From Camelus ferus (lineage: Eukaryota): DNA of 64,000 nt. Shown piece by piece: positions 1 through 13,794 of the stretch (its first letter is position 1; each line of letters starts with the position of its first letter). The translations under genes were made by a program, and so were the position numbers. Under the pieces are notes generated by a model. It was not told the origin of the DNA. It did no database searches and saw nothing but the letters and a program-made list of their open reading frames with translations. The stretch covers positions 69,814,001 to 69,878,000 of the forward strand of contig NC_045696.1 in assembly GCF_009834535.1 (NCBI RefSeq), given 5' to 3'.

Positions 1-1650
1 ATTTTAAAACAGTGCTACATTTTTTAAAGTAAAAAACACAATATCTAGAAATAGAAACAATAATTCCTTAATGCTATCATATATTCAGTGTTCAGTTTTC
101 AGTCATCTCAAAGGTTATGTTATGTGCTGTATGTACAAGCTTTACAATTTGCTTGAATCATGATCAAAAAAGATCTCTATATTGTGACTTGGTGACATAT
201 CTCCTAATTCTCTTTTACACTAGGTTTCTCCTCTTTCCCTCTTTTTTTCCTTGAAATTTATTTAAGAAAAGGACATTTGTCCTGAAGAGTTTCCCACAAT
301 CTGAATATCGCTGATTGTATTCCCATGGGGCCATTTAACATGTTTCTCTACCCATCCTTGGATTTGTTTCCCTGTAAGTTGCTAAGCAGATGTAGAGGCC
401 TGATCATGTTCAAGTCAATTTCTTTTCCTGGCAGACTGTGATCTCCCATGAGGAGGTACATGATATCTGGTTGTCTCCATTTGTGATGTTAGCAGCTTTT
501 GAACATCAATAACTAGATCCATTAATTCATTAGGACTTCCAAATGGCGTTACTAAAGGCTAGCATGCCCTTTTCGTTCATTAGCTGGAATACTTTCATAA
601 AGAAACACTTTTCTCTATTATTTGGTTACTCAGTGGTATAGTTCATAAAGGAAAAGCAGAGTAAATGATAATTCTCTTTATTTAGCAGTTCTCAAAATAA
701 TGGATTGTTCACTTGAATCTTCCCACAGTGACAAATTAATTTTTTGTATTTTTATGAACTTATGTTGACTAAACATATTGATGTGATACACAAATCACCC
801 CATTTTTAGCCAGTGGGAGGCTCTTTAAGTTGGCATCTAAGCCCTTTTGACCAGACCTTAGTGGTCTTTGACAACTCTTGTTCTGTTCGATGTGGCAGGC
901 TGCCCCAAACATGGAATTGGCCTTTTCTCCAAGGAATCCTAGCTACTTTTAGTAGGAATCAGTATTTTAAGATCACAATCTGAGTGCCAGTTGGCTCATT
1001 TTTACTCCTTGGTTATTGTTTTTAGGCCTCTGAAGTGGAAGCAACTAGAAAATTCTTTTTTCTAAGATAAATTCATCATGAGTTTATGATGATACTTCAA
1101 ATTCAGATTCAGGGTTTATACTTAACTCCTGTCTTACATCTGTATTTTCTTTTCCGCATGCTAAGAATCCTGGTTCTCAGCAATACTGGAAATGATACTA
1201 GAATATCACATAGTTCTTCACCCCACAATACACATTCAACAGTCTCAGGATAACAATACCAACAGTACTACCAACAATATGATTGCCATAAACAGTTTAC
1301 AAGTCTTTAAGCAGTTCTTTTTGTCCTAAGGGTATATCTCACTGGGCTAATTAAATCACTATGTTTTAAACTCACTCGAAATAGGTCCCCTTTGTGTGTC
1401 TTCGCCACTAACTTGATTTACAGTAAAGTTCATTTATTTTTCTTTCAATCTTTAAATGTTTTTAAATCTTAAATTATGTACAATATTTACCTAGTTGAAA
1501 AGTCAAATCTATAAACATTACCTTCTATTCCTTTCCTCTCCACTCTCTTCCTCCCTTCTTCTACAGATAACATTTCAAAACATGCTATGGCTTATCCTTC
1601 CATATTTTTTAAAAAATATAAGCAGGTCTTTTACATAAATAGTTTTTACT
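1..1650 (-). mobile_element. Old L1 (L1MC-like) 3' region, degraded
   Basis: T-rich. Segments such as ttgtcctaagggtatatctcact (~1321) are the reverse complement of motifs in the 6480-8040 copy. Confidence 0.55.
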
Positions 1651-2479
1651 ATGAGATCCATTTTATTTGCTCTCCCTTTATTTCTCTCTCAGTATTTTTT
1701 GGTATTCTGTAAAACCATGCCCACAACCTACCTTGGATCCCCTTATAAAGAAAGAGAACCTCACAAGGAGAAGAATCACATGAAATTCTAGGACCAATCA
1801 GGACTTCCTGACCAGAAGGGATGAACTGGGGGTCAGGGGAGAAAGTGGTCCCACTCAGTTCTCAGCACCTTGTGTGTGGCTGGTGAAAGTGGAAGGGTAG
1901 CTACAGAGACTCTTCTCACAAATGTTCCCTCTTCTACTGCCAGACAATTAACTGGAGGTCCCTCTAGCTGGCCTGCTTTTGTGTTTTGTTTTCCTTTGAA
2001 GATTTAGCTATTTGTAGAAACATAAAATGAGATTTGTGGTGAAATCTGAGAAATCATGTTTTTGGTTTCTTGGCGAGTGAGGGATAAGGGACACTGGCCG
2101 AGCTACCACTTGCCCTAACCCAACCTACTACTGCCCAGGAACTACTTTGGCCCCTATCCAGTTAGTGGCCCACTTGTCAAATGGCAGTCTTGGGTGACCT
2201 CTGCAGCTTCTGTGTTTGTGTGTGTTGGGGGGGTGGGGATAGGTCATGGCTCCCTACACCACTTACACTACTGTATTTTTGCTTCTTGCTGGAAGCTGGG
2301 ATGTAAAGAAACCTAACCACATGATCTCAGTTCTTGGAGGACCTCAGGGACTATATTATAAATAGGACAGATACTCTAGATTGCCTGCAGGATTATGACC
2401 CTGGATTCCAGTAATTTACCCCATGTTACAAAATCACATCAACCTTCAGATTCTTACTGACCCTCTGGGCATGTCTAGT

Positions 2480-4830
2480 TCTGACTTGTCTCAATTCCTG
2501 CTCTGCCCAGCCCTTGAAGACACTACCTTCAGAACAAATGTGGCTGTGAAGGCCAGCAGGGTTTACTTTTGGGAGATTCAGAGGGCTGTGGGAAATAGAG
2601 ACTCCATTCTTAAAGGGTGCACACAAAATCTCACATGCTCTGGAACCCAGGGCAGAAGCAGGCCCACCTGCTAATCTTGAAGAGTCTCCTAGAGAGGCAG
2701 GAGGCAACTGGAGCTCACTGTGGGGACAAAGACACTGGTGGCACCATTTTGGGGAGCTCCTTCTACCTCATGTTCACTGGTGCTGGCAAGCACCATTTTG
2801 GAATCCTCCCTCTAGCTTATTAGAGCTGGGACCCTTCCCTACCCACTAGCCTTTAGGCACCAGTATTGGGGCGCCTCAGGCCAAGCAACTAGCCAAGCAG
2901 AGACACAGTCCCATCTACCAGCAAGCCTGCTGCCTTAAGACTCCCTGAGCCCACAACCACTCCAAGACCCAGCTCTGTCTACCAGAGGGCCCAGGACCTG
3001 GCACTGAAGCCAGAGACCCTGGGGCTTGGCTCCACCAACCAGAGAGCCAGCACTAGCCCCAGGACCCAGCCTCACCCACCTGTGGGCAGACACCAGCCCC
3101 AGGATCCTCTGGACTCCTTCCCTGCCCACCAGCGGACAAATACCAGCTTCAAGACCACCAAAGCCCTGCAGCCTCCCATTCCAGGACCCAGTGCACCTAC
3201 CAGCAGGCCAACACCAGCTCTGGGATCCTCAGGGTCCTGCAGCCAGAGACCCAAAAACCCAGCTCCACCCACCAGTGAGCTGGCACTAGCCCCCAAACTC
3301 CCTGGACCTCAGCCCCATCTACCAGGAGGCTGGTATCAGTCCCAGGACACCTTAGACCCTTCAGCCAGCTGACCTGGGATCCAGCCCCATTCACCAGCGG
3401 GCCAACACCAACTTTGGTACACCTGGACCCCACAGCTAGCTGTGACAGGAGCTGGCCCCACCCACCAGCAGGCTGACACTGGATCTGTGATCACCAGCCC
3501 CACAAACAGCTACTTCAGAACCTGAATTCACCCATCAGTGGGAAAGCACTAGTTCTGGGACCCCCCCAGCAGCCTTGTGACCAGCCCCACCAAACAGTGG
3601 CCAGCAGCCTATGTACAAGGCAGGGCCTAGCTACCAACCAGACCGGGAGAGGGCAGCAACACTTACCAGACTGCCCACAGTAGTCAGCCTGCCACAACAG
3701 AAGGAGCCACGTATTCCATATAGGGGGGACCCTAGAACATACAGCTCTAGTGACCAGAGGGAGTGAGCTGCTGGAATGCACAGGATGTCCCCTACAAAAG
3801 GCCACTTCTCCAAGGTCAGGAAACGTAACCAACCTACCAGAGACATAGAAATAAAAACAACAAATTAGGCAAAATGAGGCAACAGAGGAATATCTTCCAA
3901 ATGAAGGAACAAGATAAAACCACAGAAGCAGAACTAAGTGAAGGTGAGAAAGGCAATCTACCTGATAAAGAGTTCAAGGTAATGAACATAGAGATGTTCA
4001 AAGAATTTGGGAGAAGACTGGATGAATAGAGTAAGAAGGTAGAATTTTTTTTATTGAAAAGTTAGAAAATATAAAGAACCAAACAGAGATGAGTAATTCA
4101 ATAACTGAAATGAAAAATACACTAGAAAGAATAAAAGTAGATTAAACGATACAGAGGAATGGATCAGCAAGCTTGAAGACAGAGTAGTAGAAACCAGAGC
4201 TGCTGAACGGAAAAAAGAAACAAAATAATAAAAAGAAATGAGGACAGTTTAAGACACCTCTTGGACAACACCAAATGTACCAACAATTGAATTATAGGAG
4301 ATCCAGGAAGAGGAGAGAGAAAGAAAGGGGCAGAGAACCTATTTGAAGATGTAATAGCTGAAAACTTCCCTAACCTGGGAAAGGAAACAGACATCCAAGT
4401 GCAAGAAGCATAGAGAGTCCCAAGCAGGATCAACTCAAAGAGGACCACATCAAGACACACTATAACTAAAATGGAAAAAATAAAGAGAGACTATTAAAAG
4501 CAACAAGGGAAAAGTAATGAGTTACATACAAGGGAATTCCCATAAGTCTATCAGCTGACTTTTCAGCAGAAACTCTACAGGCCAGAAGGGAGTGGCGAGA
4601 TATATTTAAAGTGATGAAAGGGAAAAACTTACAATCAAAAATACTTTATCCAGCAAGGCTCTCATTCAGATTTGATGGAGAAATTAAAAGCTTCACAGAT
4701 AAGCAAAAGCTAAAAGATTTCAGCACCACCAAACCAGCTTTACAACAAATTGTTAAAGGAAATTCTCTAGTCATCAAACCATAAGAGAACAAAAAGAAGA
4801 AAGGGAGAGAAAAAAAGACCTACAAAAGAT
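2480..4830 (+). mobile_element. LINE-1 5'UTR plus disrupted ORF1
   Basis: C-rich, CpG-decayed 5'UTR with internal repeats. ORF1 from ATG 3874 (MRQQRNIFQMKEQDKTTEAELSEGEKGNLPDKEFKV...) has stops and frameshifts, with typical L1 ORF1 motifs (gctgaaaacttccctaacctggg; tcagctgacttttcagcagaaactctacaggccagaagggagtgg). ORF1 ends ~4770. Confidence 0.9.
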
Positions 4831-5125
4831 TGCTTTGGCAGTTTGGGGTCTTTTATGGTCTCATATAAATTTTGGAATTGTTTGTTCTAGTTCTGTGAAA
4901 AACATCATGAGTATTTTGACAGGGGTTGCATTGGATCTGTAGATTGCTTTGGGTAGTACAGCCATTTTGATCATTTTGATTCTTCCAATCCAAGACCACA
5001 AGATATCTTTCCATTTCTTTGTATCACATTCAGTTTCCTTCATCAGTGTTTTACAGTTTTCAGAGTATAGGTAACCTCCTTGGTTAAGTTTATCTCTAGG
5101 TATTTTGTTGTTTTTGATGCAGTGG
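4828..5125 (-). mobile_element. LINE-1 ORF2 fragment (post-RT region)
   Basis: Minus-strand translation YSENCKTLMKETECDTKKWKDILWSWIGRIKMIKMAVLPKAIYRSNATPVKI is a classic L1 ORF2 segment. Confidence 0.9.
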
Positions 5126-5214
5126 AAATGTTTATGCCAGTTATCACATTCTGATTTTTGAAGTGAAAAGAAAAAAAAAGTGAACAAAGGGCTGGAAATG
5201 GTAAAATATCCTTT

Positions 5215-5365
5215 TCTTATGGGTGAGGTGTATTCCATTACATATATACGCTGCATCTTCTTTTTCCATTCATCTGTTGATGTGCACGTAGGGTGCTTCC
5301 ATATCTTGGCAATTATAAAGAATGTTGCTGTTAATAGTGGGCATATGTATCTTTTTTAATTAGTT
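5215..5365 (-). mobile_element. LINE-1 3'-end fragment
   Basis: tattccatt...ccattcatctgttgatg...gggtgcttccatatcttggcaattata is the reverse L1 ORF2-end/3'UTR motif. Confidence 0.75.
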
Positions 5366-6479
5366 CTTATTTTGTGGTTGGCTTTATTCCTTTGATAACT
5401 ATGTAAGTTTAAAAAGCTAAAGCTCTAAACATTCTTGGAAACAATGAAGAGTACATATATGTAAAATTTTTAAATAGGCAGTATATTGTGTATATGTATT
5501 TACATGCAATAGATTGCATATGTGCAGTCAAACTGTAACAATTCTACCTCATAAAACTGAAAAAGGAAAAAAAAGGTATGGGGTGTGACAAGGTGGAGGC
5601 AGAAACATTTGGCTGTGAAGGACAAGAAAAAGATAGAGCAATAGTGAGTGGAGAATGTCTTTGACAAAGAATATGTTTAAGAGTGAGAGAGGTGAATGGT
5701 TTTATTAGAGTTGTAACCATCAGCATGCTGAAAGAAACAAAAGAGTGAGACTGTGGAGTCTTACTGTCCCTTTAAAAGGTTTTAAACCTTATGGGACAGG
5801 GCCAGGGCCTCCTTGTCTTCGTCAGCTACAGAGATGACATAAGTGACAAGAGTAGTGATGTCAAGAGGCTGCAACATCCAGGCTATCACAGCATGAACTA
5901 GGGAGAAGTGCACCAGACTGGAAGGGCTCACATCAGCACACTCAGCCTGGAGCCAGAGCAGAGGACAAGACCTCTTGCAGCGGGAAGGTTGGTGCCTCTA
6001 GCTTTAGAAAAATGGGGTTGAGGAATTTTTTTAAAACCATCAATTATCAATAATTCACCCTCTTCTGATTGTGTGCCTTTTGACTCTGATTCATAGTAAG
6101 AAATACATTTTAACACTGTGACCTAATACAAATATATATAAGAAACAAAAATTTCACATATTCTTGCTGATGATAAGGAAAAAGTATATATAACGAAGTT
6201 TATGTTAATTATTCTTAATATTTAAATACAATATACAGGAGTGCCAAATAAATACTATAAAAATTAGGAAAGATTGGGACTTGAAAAGTGTGAATCTCAT
6301 TTCTAGATTCATACAACCCGATTAGTACTTTCGTACTAATTAGTACAGAAGACAACGAACAAACTTGGGTATGGGTAGTCTGACTATTTAATCAAAATAT
6401 TTCCAAAGGTCAGTTCTTTAATTATTTATAATAACAAAATTATAATAACAATAATAGAAATAACCCAGATATCCATTAA

Positions 6480-8045
6480 GAGGGAACTGGTGCAATTAAC
6501 TCTACTATATAGATACAATGGGATATCACGCAAATGCCAGAATAAATGAGGACTACATTTACATACTACTACAGAGTAATACCCAGGACGTATTAGTAAA
6601 TGAAAAAAGCAACCAAATAAAGTGTGCATGATATTCTAGAGAGAAGGAAAAGATAGAGGAAAAAGGGATAGAAGCTAAATCTTTCTGAATATATCTTGTT
6701 TGATTCATTTGACTATGGGATCACATACACTTTTTACATAATTAGAAATATGTAATTCAAAAAAGCAATCCCTAAAAATAAAAAGCAAAATGAAATAAAT
6801 AAACCTAACTGTATATTGAGTTTGTGGCATAACCACACAAATATGAATTATTTCAGATGAATTTCAGACACTGTAATTTGAGCGTATATGCTTAGTGGGA
6901 TATATCCTAAGGACAAAAGAAAGAAAACAAAAGAAAAACTGTTTTCAGTAACAGTAATAGTATTATTTTCAGTAATAGTAATTGTATTGTTTTCAGTAAT
7001 AGTAATTGTGTTAGTGTCAGTAGTTATTTCTAAGGGAGTAAGAATGTTTTGCATGTGTTGAGGGATAAAGCAAAACAGTGATTATATTGGTTTTATAGTA
7101 TGAGACAAAAGGAGAAATAAATTAGGGTAGATGAGGTTACATAAAAATCCTGTAGTCCTGAATTTTGAATTGGAAGTATCACTATAAACTCATGATGTAT
7201 TTTATTTTTTTTTTTAAAGTATTTCCTACCTATACCCATAGAAAAGACCTAAAAACAAGGCCCAATCAAGTATCAGTGAGTACCCTGCCCAGACTGTGGT
7301 ATCCAAAATCTATTTCACACTTAAAGAAACCAGAGCTTTTTGGAGAGATGGTTGATTCCATATCTGGAGCAGGAAATATGCAAATTGAGCCTCAAACATG
7401 TCAGGAAATCAGAAAGCCATCAAAGGCATCCACTGCCCAAAAATGAGACAACTGCCCAATTGCTCAAAAATGTCCATGAGAATAATACATACAATTATTT
7501 GAAATACCTCAAATATGTTCATGAGTTCATAATAATCCTTTAAAAAAACAACTTACTGGTCACCTTTGGAAGATGCTAGGGCATCAAATCATTATTTTGA
7601 AATCTGGTAATTAAAAGAGGGGTTAAAAAAGCATTTATCCCACTTTTCCTCAGAGTAAACAAACAGTTGGTAAGAAGTTTCTTTATAGACATATTCCAGC
7701 TAACAAATGAAGAAGAATGATATAATACTGCCATTTTGCAAACAATGTGATGTAATGTATCTTGGTACTGATCACCCATGACTGCTAACATCACATAAAG
7801 AGAGACATCAGATATTATAAACCTCCAGATCGAAATACACAACTGCTATTTACATCTTGCCCCTCCCCTTATAAAAACTGAACCTCAGTCTGATCAAGCC
7901 TCCAGATCTAACTGCCAATTTACAGGAAACGAAGGGGACAGAAGAACATGGTAAACAACATTAAATAAGTCAACAAAATCCAAAATCCAGACCATGGAAA
8001 ACTCTGCAAATAAATGAGTTGCTAGGAAAAAAAGAAAAGAAAAAA
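6480..8045 (+). mobile_element. Old L1 (L1MC/ME-like) 3' region
   Basis: A-rich L1M 3' motifs, similar to the 24800-27960 copy. Confidence 0.6.
6941..7012 (+). repeat. 24-bp tandem repeat x3
   Basis: gttttcagtaacagtaatagtatt / attttcagtaatagtaattgtatt / gttttcagtaatagtaattgtgtt. Confidence 0.9.
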
Positions 8046-9394
8046 ACAGGAGAGGGATATTTCTTACAGTTTAATCAGGAGAGCAAAACACTTTGAGTGA
8101 CATAAGGGATTTATTATAGGACTTAGACCTGACATAATTGGAAGAGCTGGTTAAGCACTCTGTGTAAATCAGTTGCCCCTGCATCTGCTACTGGCCCTGA
8201 AGTTAGGGAGGCTGACCATTAGGAAGACCAAAACCAAGCTGGAATCCTTGTCCGTCTCTCACAGGAACCTATGTTGATCCCTCACCAACTCCAAGCCTCC
8301 AACTCTGATGATGTGGGTGATTATAGAAAAACTAGTGCAATTCTTAACAGAGCTGCACGTAATCCTGATCCATTAACCATTATGTCCAGTGTCCAGTAGT
8401 TAAACTTGAGCTTGCCTCTATGTTTTTCACTTCGTCATTTTTTACTATTAAATAATCAATTTTAAAGCATTTTGTACAAGGTCAATTAAAATGTTACAAT
8501 TGTTACAAACTCAAAATATGTTGCATTGATAATAATACCTTTTCCTGAAAAACACATACATTTTTTATCTAAAATTCACTAGAAGATAGCAACAGTTTTG
8601 CCAATAGCAAAAATTATACTAAACTTTGCTTCAACCTTAGCTGCACCCATACTATGTTAATCCTCCCATTATGACAATAGTCAAATCATCATATACCATG
8701 GAACCAGAGAGCAAATGACCCAGTTCTTATCAGTTCATATATTATCACATCCCTCTTTCTATCTCCATTTACTGCAGTTGGGCAGAAGATTGGTGCAATA
8801 TGTACAGTTTTTCCAAGTGTCCTTATGATGAACTCCGGCGTTTTCTATTTCATTATATTCTAGTATATCCTATTTCATTTAAAAATAAAAAGCTGGTTGA
8901 GAGCCATTAACTTGATTTCATGACCTACTAATGGATTGTGGCCTGCAATTTGAAAAACAGTGCCCTAGGCTGGGTTATATTTACAGTATTAAAGTCTCCC
9001 CCCACACTCTGTATAATGTTTAAATTCAGTTAACTTTTGGGTCTCTGTATCTTTGTCTTTATTCTTCATGTGTGTGCTTTGGATTTTCACTGCTCTTTCA
9101 GATCTTTACAGTTCAGGGATATGATGGAAATTCTAAATGTGGGTGATTTTGTAGACCATGACATGGTTTTCTTCTTCCTTCAAATAGGAAAGCCAATATG
9201 GCTAGGCAATAACTCAGTTCTGTTAGATCTCCTTTAATCAACATCTCAGGGACAGGTCTTAAAGTCATTCTTATTGTTAGGTCTCTAAAACTTATTTCTC
9301 ATTTTCTAATTGCAACTCATAAAATTCTGTCTTTGTTTTTTAAAATTTAAACACCTGACAAAGATATCTTGAAAAGGTGTGGATGGATATTTTT

Positions 9395-9840
9395 CTGATT
9401 ATTCTATTGCTGCATGAAACTGCAATCATTTATAATGTTTATGGATTCTGTGGGTCAGTAATTCAGAGACAGCCAAGTGGAGTTCGCTTGTGTCTTCTCC
9501 ACAATGCCTGGGGCCTTGCTGAGAGGAGACTCATGTTGCTGGAAGACAAATCATCTGCGGGCTTCTGCACTCATATGTCTGGTGCCTGGCTGGGGTGACC
9601 TGAGGCAGGGCTCAGTGGGACCTGTCAGCTGGAGTGATTAGATGTGACCTCTCCATGTAGTACAGTGTGATGACTGGGTTCTGAGAGGGAGCAACGTTCT
9701 AGGATAACCATGTGAAGCTGTGTCCGTTTCTTGACCTAGCCTTAGAAGTTACACAGCATCATTCTGTCACACTCTGAGATTCAAGGACTCACACACCTTC
9801 TCCAGATTAAAGAGCATAAACTCCACCTTTTGGGGCAATG
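9395..9840 (-). mobile_element. MaLR (MLT1-like) LTR, degraded
   Basis: ctattgctgcat...ggattctgtgggtcag...cttgacctagccttagaagttacacagcatcattc are MLT1 reverse motifs. Confidence 0.65.
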
Positions 9841-10248
9841 TTTCAGATCCACCAGAAATATCTGTCTTTGATGATTTCTGAATGGGCTTTTTATGTCTTC
9901 TCATTATCCATGCTCAGCTTTCTTTTATTCATTCAGCAGTACATTGACTGAGCACCAACCTTCCATTAGGCATTGTGTTAAGCACTGAAAATATGAGAAA
10001 CAAGAGAGAAAAAATTCCTACCCTCATGGAGCTAACTCAAAAGAAAGAGAGTACACAAATAATTACACACAGAATGCCATAGTATTTTTCTATTTAGCTA
10101 CATTTTTTAACTTCTTCCCTGATGATGATTTCCATATTGTTCGCCTTCTCTATTTCCTATAGACTCCCTATTGTTTTCACTTAAATCTTTTTAATCTATG
10201 TTCTAGGTCTTTCAGTTTTTCTTGTGTTGTTTTTGGTTTTGTTTTGTT

Positions 10249-10252
<4 letters not shown>

Positions 10253-10286
<34 letters not shown>
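10253..10286 (+). repeat. (TG)17 microsatellite
   Basis: Direct reading. Confidence 0.95.
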
Positions 10287-10291
<5 letters not shown>

Positions 10292-11114
10292 GCCCTGAGA
10301 TTTAGGTTTCTAGATTGGTCTTTTTTCTCAATCACTTATTTGCTCAGTGACATCCCCATTCAGATTTTTATTACTTTTCTTGATGTCTTTGGCTTGTATG
10401 TTCACTCCCCAAATACTATAGGATTACTTGTTTCAGGCACTGTGCCGAGTACATGGATATAGAGCTCAGACACAGCTTCGCCTCTAACAGGAAATGCACT
10501 TTAGAACAAACTCTGATGTCAGGCAGACAGCATGTAGAATTGCAGCTTTGTCACTTACTAGTTAGAACTTTACTTGATAAATTGTATAGCTCCTGCCCTC
10601 TTTTCCTCCTGAGGATGGTAATACTACACACATAACTAAGACAGTGGCTGGAACTTGGTGGAGCCACAATAGACATTTATTCCCTTTAAATACAGGACTC
10701 AGTGAAAAACAAACAATTAAAACCAACATTTTCAAAATGGTGTGAAAGTGTTAATACAAAGGTGTATACATAAGAAACTTTGTGAACAGACAAGTGCCAC
10801 CTAGCTTAGGTGGCTTGAAAAATTTCCCATAGAATAGTAATTCGCATCTTGCAGTGGGTGGAGGGAGTACAGAAGGTGCTGGGAGGAATCACTGAATTGA
10901 AGAGAAAAGGCTGAAAAAATATATTCAATATTATTATACTTTATATTTGGAAAAGTGAAAAAACTTTGTTTTCATAGTTCAAACTCAAGAGGTAAATATA
11001 AATGCACTCCAGATGGTAGAGATATCTAGCAAATACATTATATATTCTTTATATCAGCAACTCCCAAAGGCAAATAGTCTCAGGGCAAGGTTGGTATGGG
11101 ATGTTTATAGGATG

Positions 11115-11140
11115 TCTATATATCTATATATCTATATCTA

Positions 11141-11191
<51 letters not shown>

Positions 11192-11195
11192 ATCT
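11115..11195 (+). repeat. Compound (TATC)n/(TA)n microsatellite
   Basis: tctatatatctatatatctatatctatatc followed by a perfect TATC run. Confidence 0.95.
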
Positions 11196-11259
11196 CACTC
11201 GGGGGTACTTTTTTTAAAAAACACTGAAAAAATTCACTATAATAGCTAGTGATTAAGCC

Positions 11260-11545
11260 TTGAATAATGAGTAGAAATTAGCCAGGTGGAAAAGAGAACA
11301 AAAGAGAGTTCTGGGTTGTAGGAACACCCCTTGCAGGGGTGTGAGAGAGCTGGGCTAGTTTGAGGACTACAAGTGGTTTTATACGGCTGTGAGTGAGTGG
11401 TAGAAGATGAGCATGGAGAATTTGGCAGGGCCAAATCTTAAAAGCACGTGTATGCTCTACAAAAAGAATAATACTGAGAGCAACTGAAAGTCACTGAAGG
11501 ATTCTGAGGAAGGGAGTGACAAAGACAGGTTTGCTTTTCTAATAA
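11260..11545 (-). mobile_element. L2 fragment
   Basis: agccttgaataatgagtagaaattagccagg...cactgaaggattctgaggaagggagtgac are L2 motifs. Confidence 0.55.
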
Positions 11546-11889
11546 CACCTATAAATTCCTTCTGGAATCATGGTTTCTTCTTGAATCTCTCAGAAAGTGG
11601 TAAGTGTGGGCTTGTTGACAGTGGCCTGAGTCTTAGCTGGTACTGGTGCTCCTGCCATGGGAGATGCCCTCTTTCCCATGCTGACTTTCTCTTTCTCTTA
11701 GAGATTGCAATACTTGTTGTTGGCACAACTGACACTAGATAATGGTGCTGTCTTGAAGCTAACCCTAGGGAACTGTTACCTTTGAAATGTCACTTTTTTT
11801 ACTTTTTTGGTGAGTTTATCTAGGAAGTTTCCAGTGCTGAGTTTATTGGGAGGTAACAAGAGGACGTGAAAAAAAAAATCTTAGGCATA

Positions 11890-12062
11890 CAGTTCAAGTA
11901 CTTCATTCTGTATCTTGCCCTGCATGACTGTAAGTCACAACCTCTCTGAGCTTCAGGTTCTTCATCTGAAACATGGAATAATAATCACTATGTAAAATTG
12001 TTGTGGGGGTTAAAGAAAATGTTCTCTAAGTGCCTGAATCATCGTAGGTATTCAACAATAGT
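11890..12062 (+). mobile_element. MIR SINE
   Basis: aagtcacaacctctctgagcttcaggttcttcatctgaaacatggaataataat is the MIR core. Confidence 0.75.
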
Positions 12063-12074
12063 GAACTTTGCAGA

Positions 12075-12512
12075 TGTTGTCAGTGCCCCACCCATGTTCC
12101 CTCAGCACTTATTGTTCCCATGCAACCAACAGCTTCTCACTGCAAGCACCTGTGACTCTGCCTGAGGGCTTTCCCTTGCCAACTCTTGCTTGGGCCAGGC
12201 TGGAAATACCAAGAAGTTAATGCCCCCAGAAGTAGCCCTTTTAACAAACGATGAGTGGAAGTTGGTAGATTAAAACTCCTTCTTTCTTGCTCCCTGAGTG
12301 AGACAAACTGAAGCCTATTTTACATATTCTCCTAGGGGTCTCCAATGGATTGTGACTCAGTTGTTCCCTCTCATGAAAGCACCCTGTATTGGCTTCTTTT
12401 CCTTCTCAGCCTGACTTCCCTATGCCCCTCCCAGTGACCACTTCCCAAACAAACTGCTTGGCAGTCAAATCCTTGTCTCATGGTCTGCTTCTGGGGAACC
12501 AGACTGAAGACA
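12075..12512 (+). mobile_element. ERVL LTR (LTR16-like)
   Basis: Ends aaatccttgtctcatggtctgcttctggggaaccagactgaagaca, typical of the LTR16 family 3' end. Confidence 0.6.
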
Positions 12513-12921
12513 GTGGTAGCCATTATTCATTTATTCATTAGTGACTGACTACAGACAATGTGTCAGGCACTGTTTCTTATTACTGTTCCTTTCTCCTGTT
12601 AACCGCTAAATTGCTACACCTAGGATTTCTGGTTTCTTGAATTTTTAACAATTATGCTATTAAAAATTTAAAGGAAAAATGTAAGAGAAATTCTTTCCCA
12701 TAATCTCACCAGTTTAGCACAAAAGCTATTTTTATTTCTTCTTATTTGCTTCCATTTTTTTTATACATGTGTGCACATTTACTACAGTTGCGATTGTAGG
12801 TACAATCTAGTATTCTGTGTTTTATTTTTCCACTTAGCTTCCTACCATACTCACTTTCCCTAGCTTTCAAAACTGACACTCTAATTGCTACCTCATATTC
12901 CATTAACCTACTGTAGGACAT

Positions 12922-13386
12922 TGTGATGGTCAATTTTATGTGTCAACTTGACTGGGCCATTTACTACCCAGATATTTGCTCAAACATTATTCTGAGTGTT
13001 CATGGGCTCGGATGAGATTAGCATTTCAGTTGGTCAACAGAGGAAAGCAGATTGCTCTCTCTAACATGGGTTGGCCTCATCTAATCTGTTGAAGGCCTGA
13101 ATAGAACAAAAAGGCAGACCCTACCCTAAGTGAGGGAGAGAATCCCTTTTGCCTGACTGCCTTCGAACTAAGACAATGGCTTTTTCCTGCCTTCAGACTG
13201 AAACTGAAACTGGGTTCTTCCTGGGTCTCCAGCTTGCCAACTTACTCTGCACATCTTGGGACTTGTCAGCCTCCATAATTGCATGAACCAATTCCTTATA
13301 ATAATTCTCTTTACACACACACACACACATACTCTCTCTCTCTTTTTCTCTCTATTGGTTCTAATTCTCTAGAGAATTCCAACACA
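12922..13386 (+). mobile_element. MLT2 (ERVL) solo LTR
   Basis: Starts TGtgatggtcaattttatgtgtcaacttgactgggcca and ends ...ctattggttctaattctctagagaattccaacaCA. 5-bp TSD gacat/ggcat (1 mismatch). Confidence 0.85.
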
Positions 13387-13794
13387 GGCATATAGATTTT
13401 TTTCCCCAAATGTGACTAGTACTACACACATACTAGACATAAAGTCTTTATGCCATAATCTATTTTTTGTTTTTGATTTTGTGAGCAATACATGAACACT
13501 ATACAAACTGAAAAGATTTTCCTTCATCCACAATGAAACTCACTATTACAAACTTCTTACACATCCTTCAAGAAGTACACTATGCTGGTATCACACAAAT
13601 GGCAGCATACTCCCCACACTGTTCTGTGCTTTTTCCGTTCAGTAATACACCCTGGTCTCCTTTCACGCCAGCACTCGCTGCTTCAGTGCTTCTAACAGGC
13701 TTGTTCCCTCAGCTCCCCTTGTTGCTATTTTTCGTGACAGTATCTCCTCAGCATAGATGCTCTCTCCCTCGCAGAAAAATCAGTATCTTCCTCC

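Noticed and set aside
4861..5256. 131-aa ORF as a gene
   Set aside because: It is a decayed L1 ORF2 fragment.
6848..7054. ORF with TITITENN repeats, and the 24-bp units as a CRISPR-like array
   Set aside because: A simple head-to-tail tandem triplication in an old L1, with no spacers, in a eukaryotic context.
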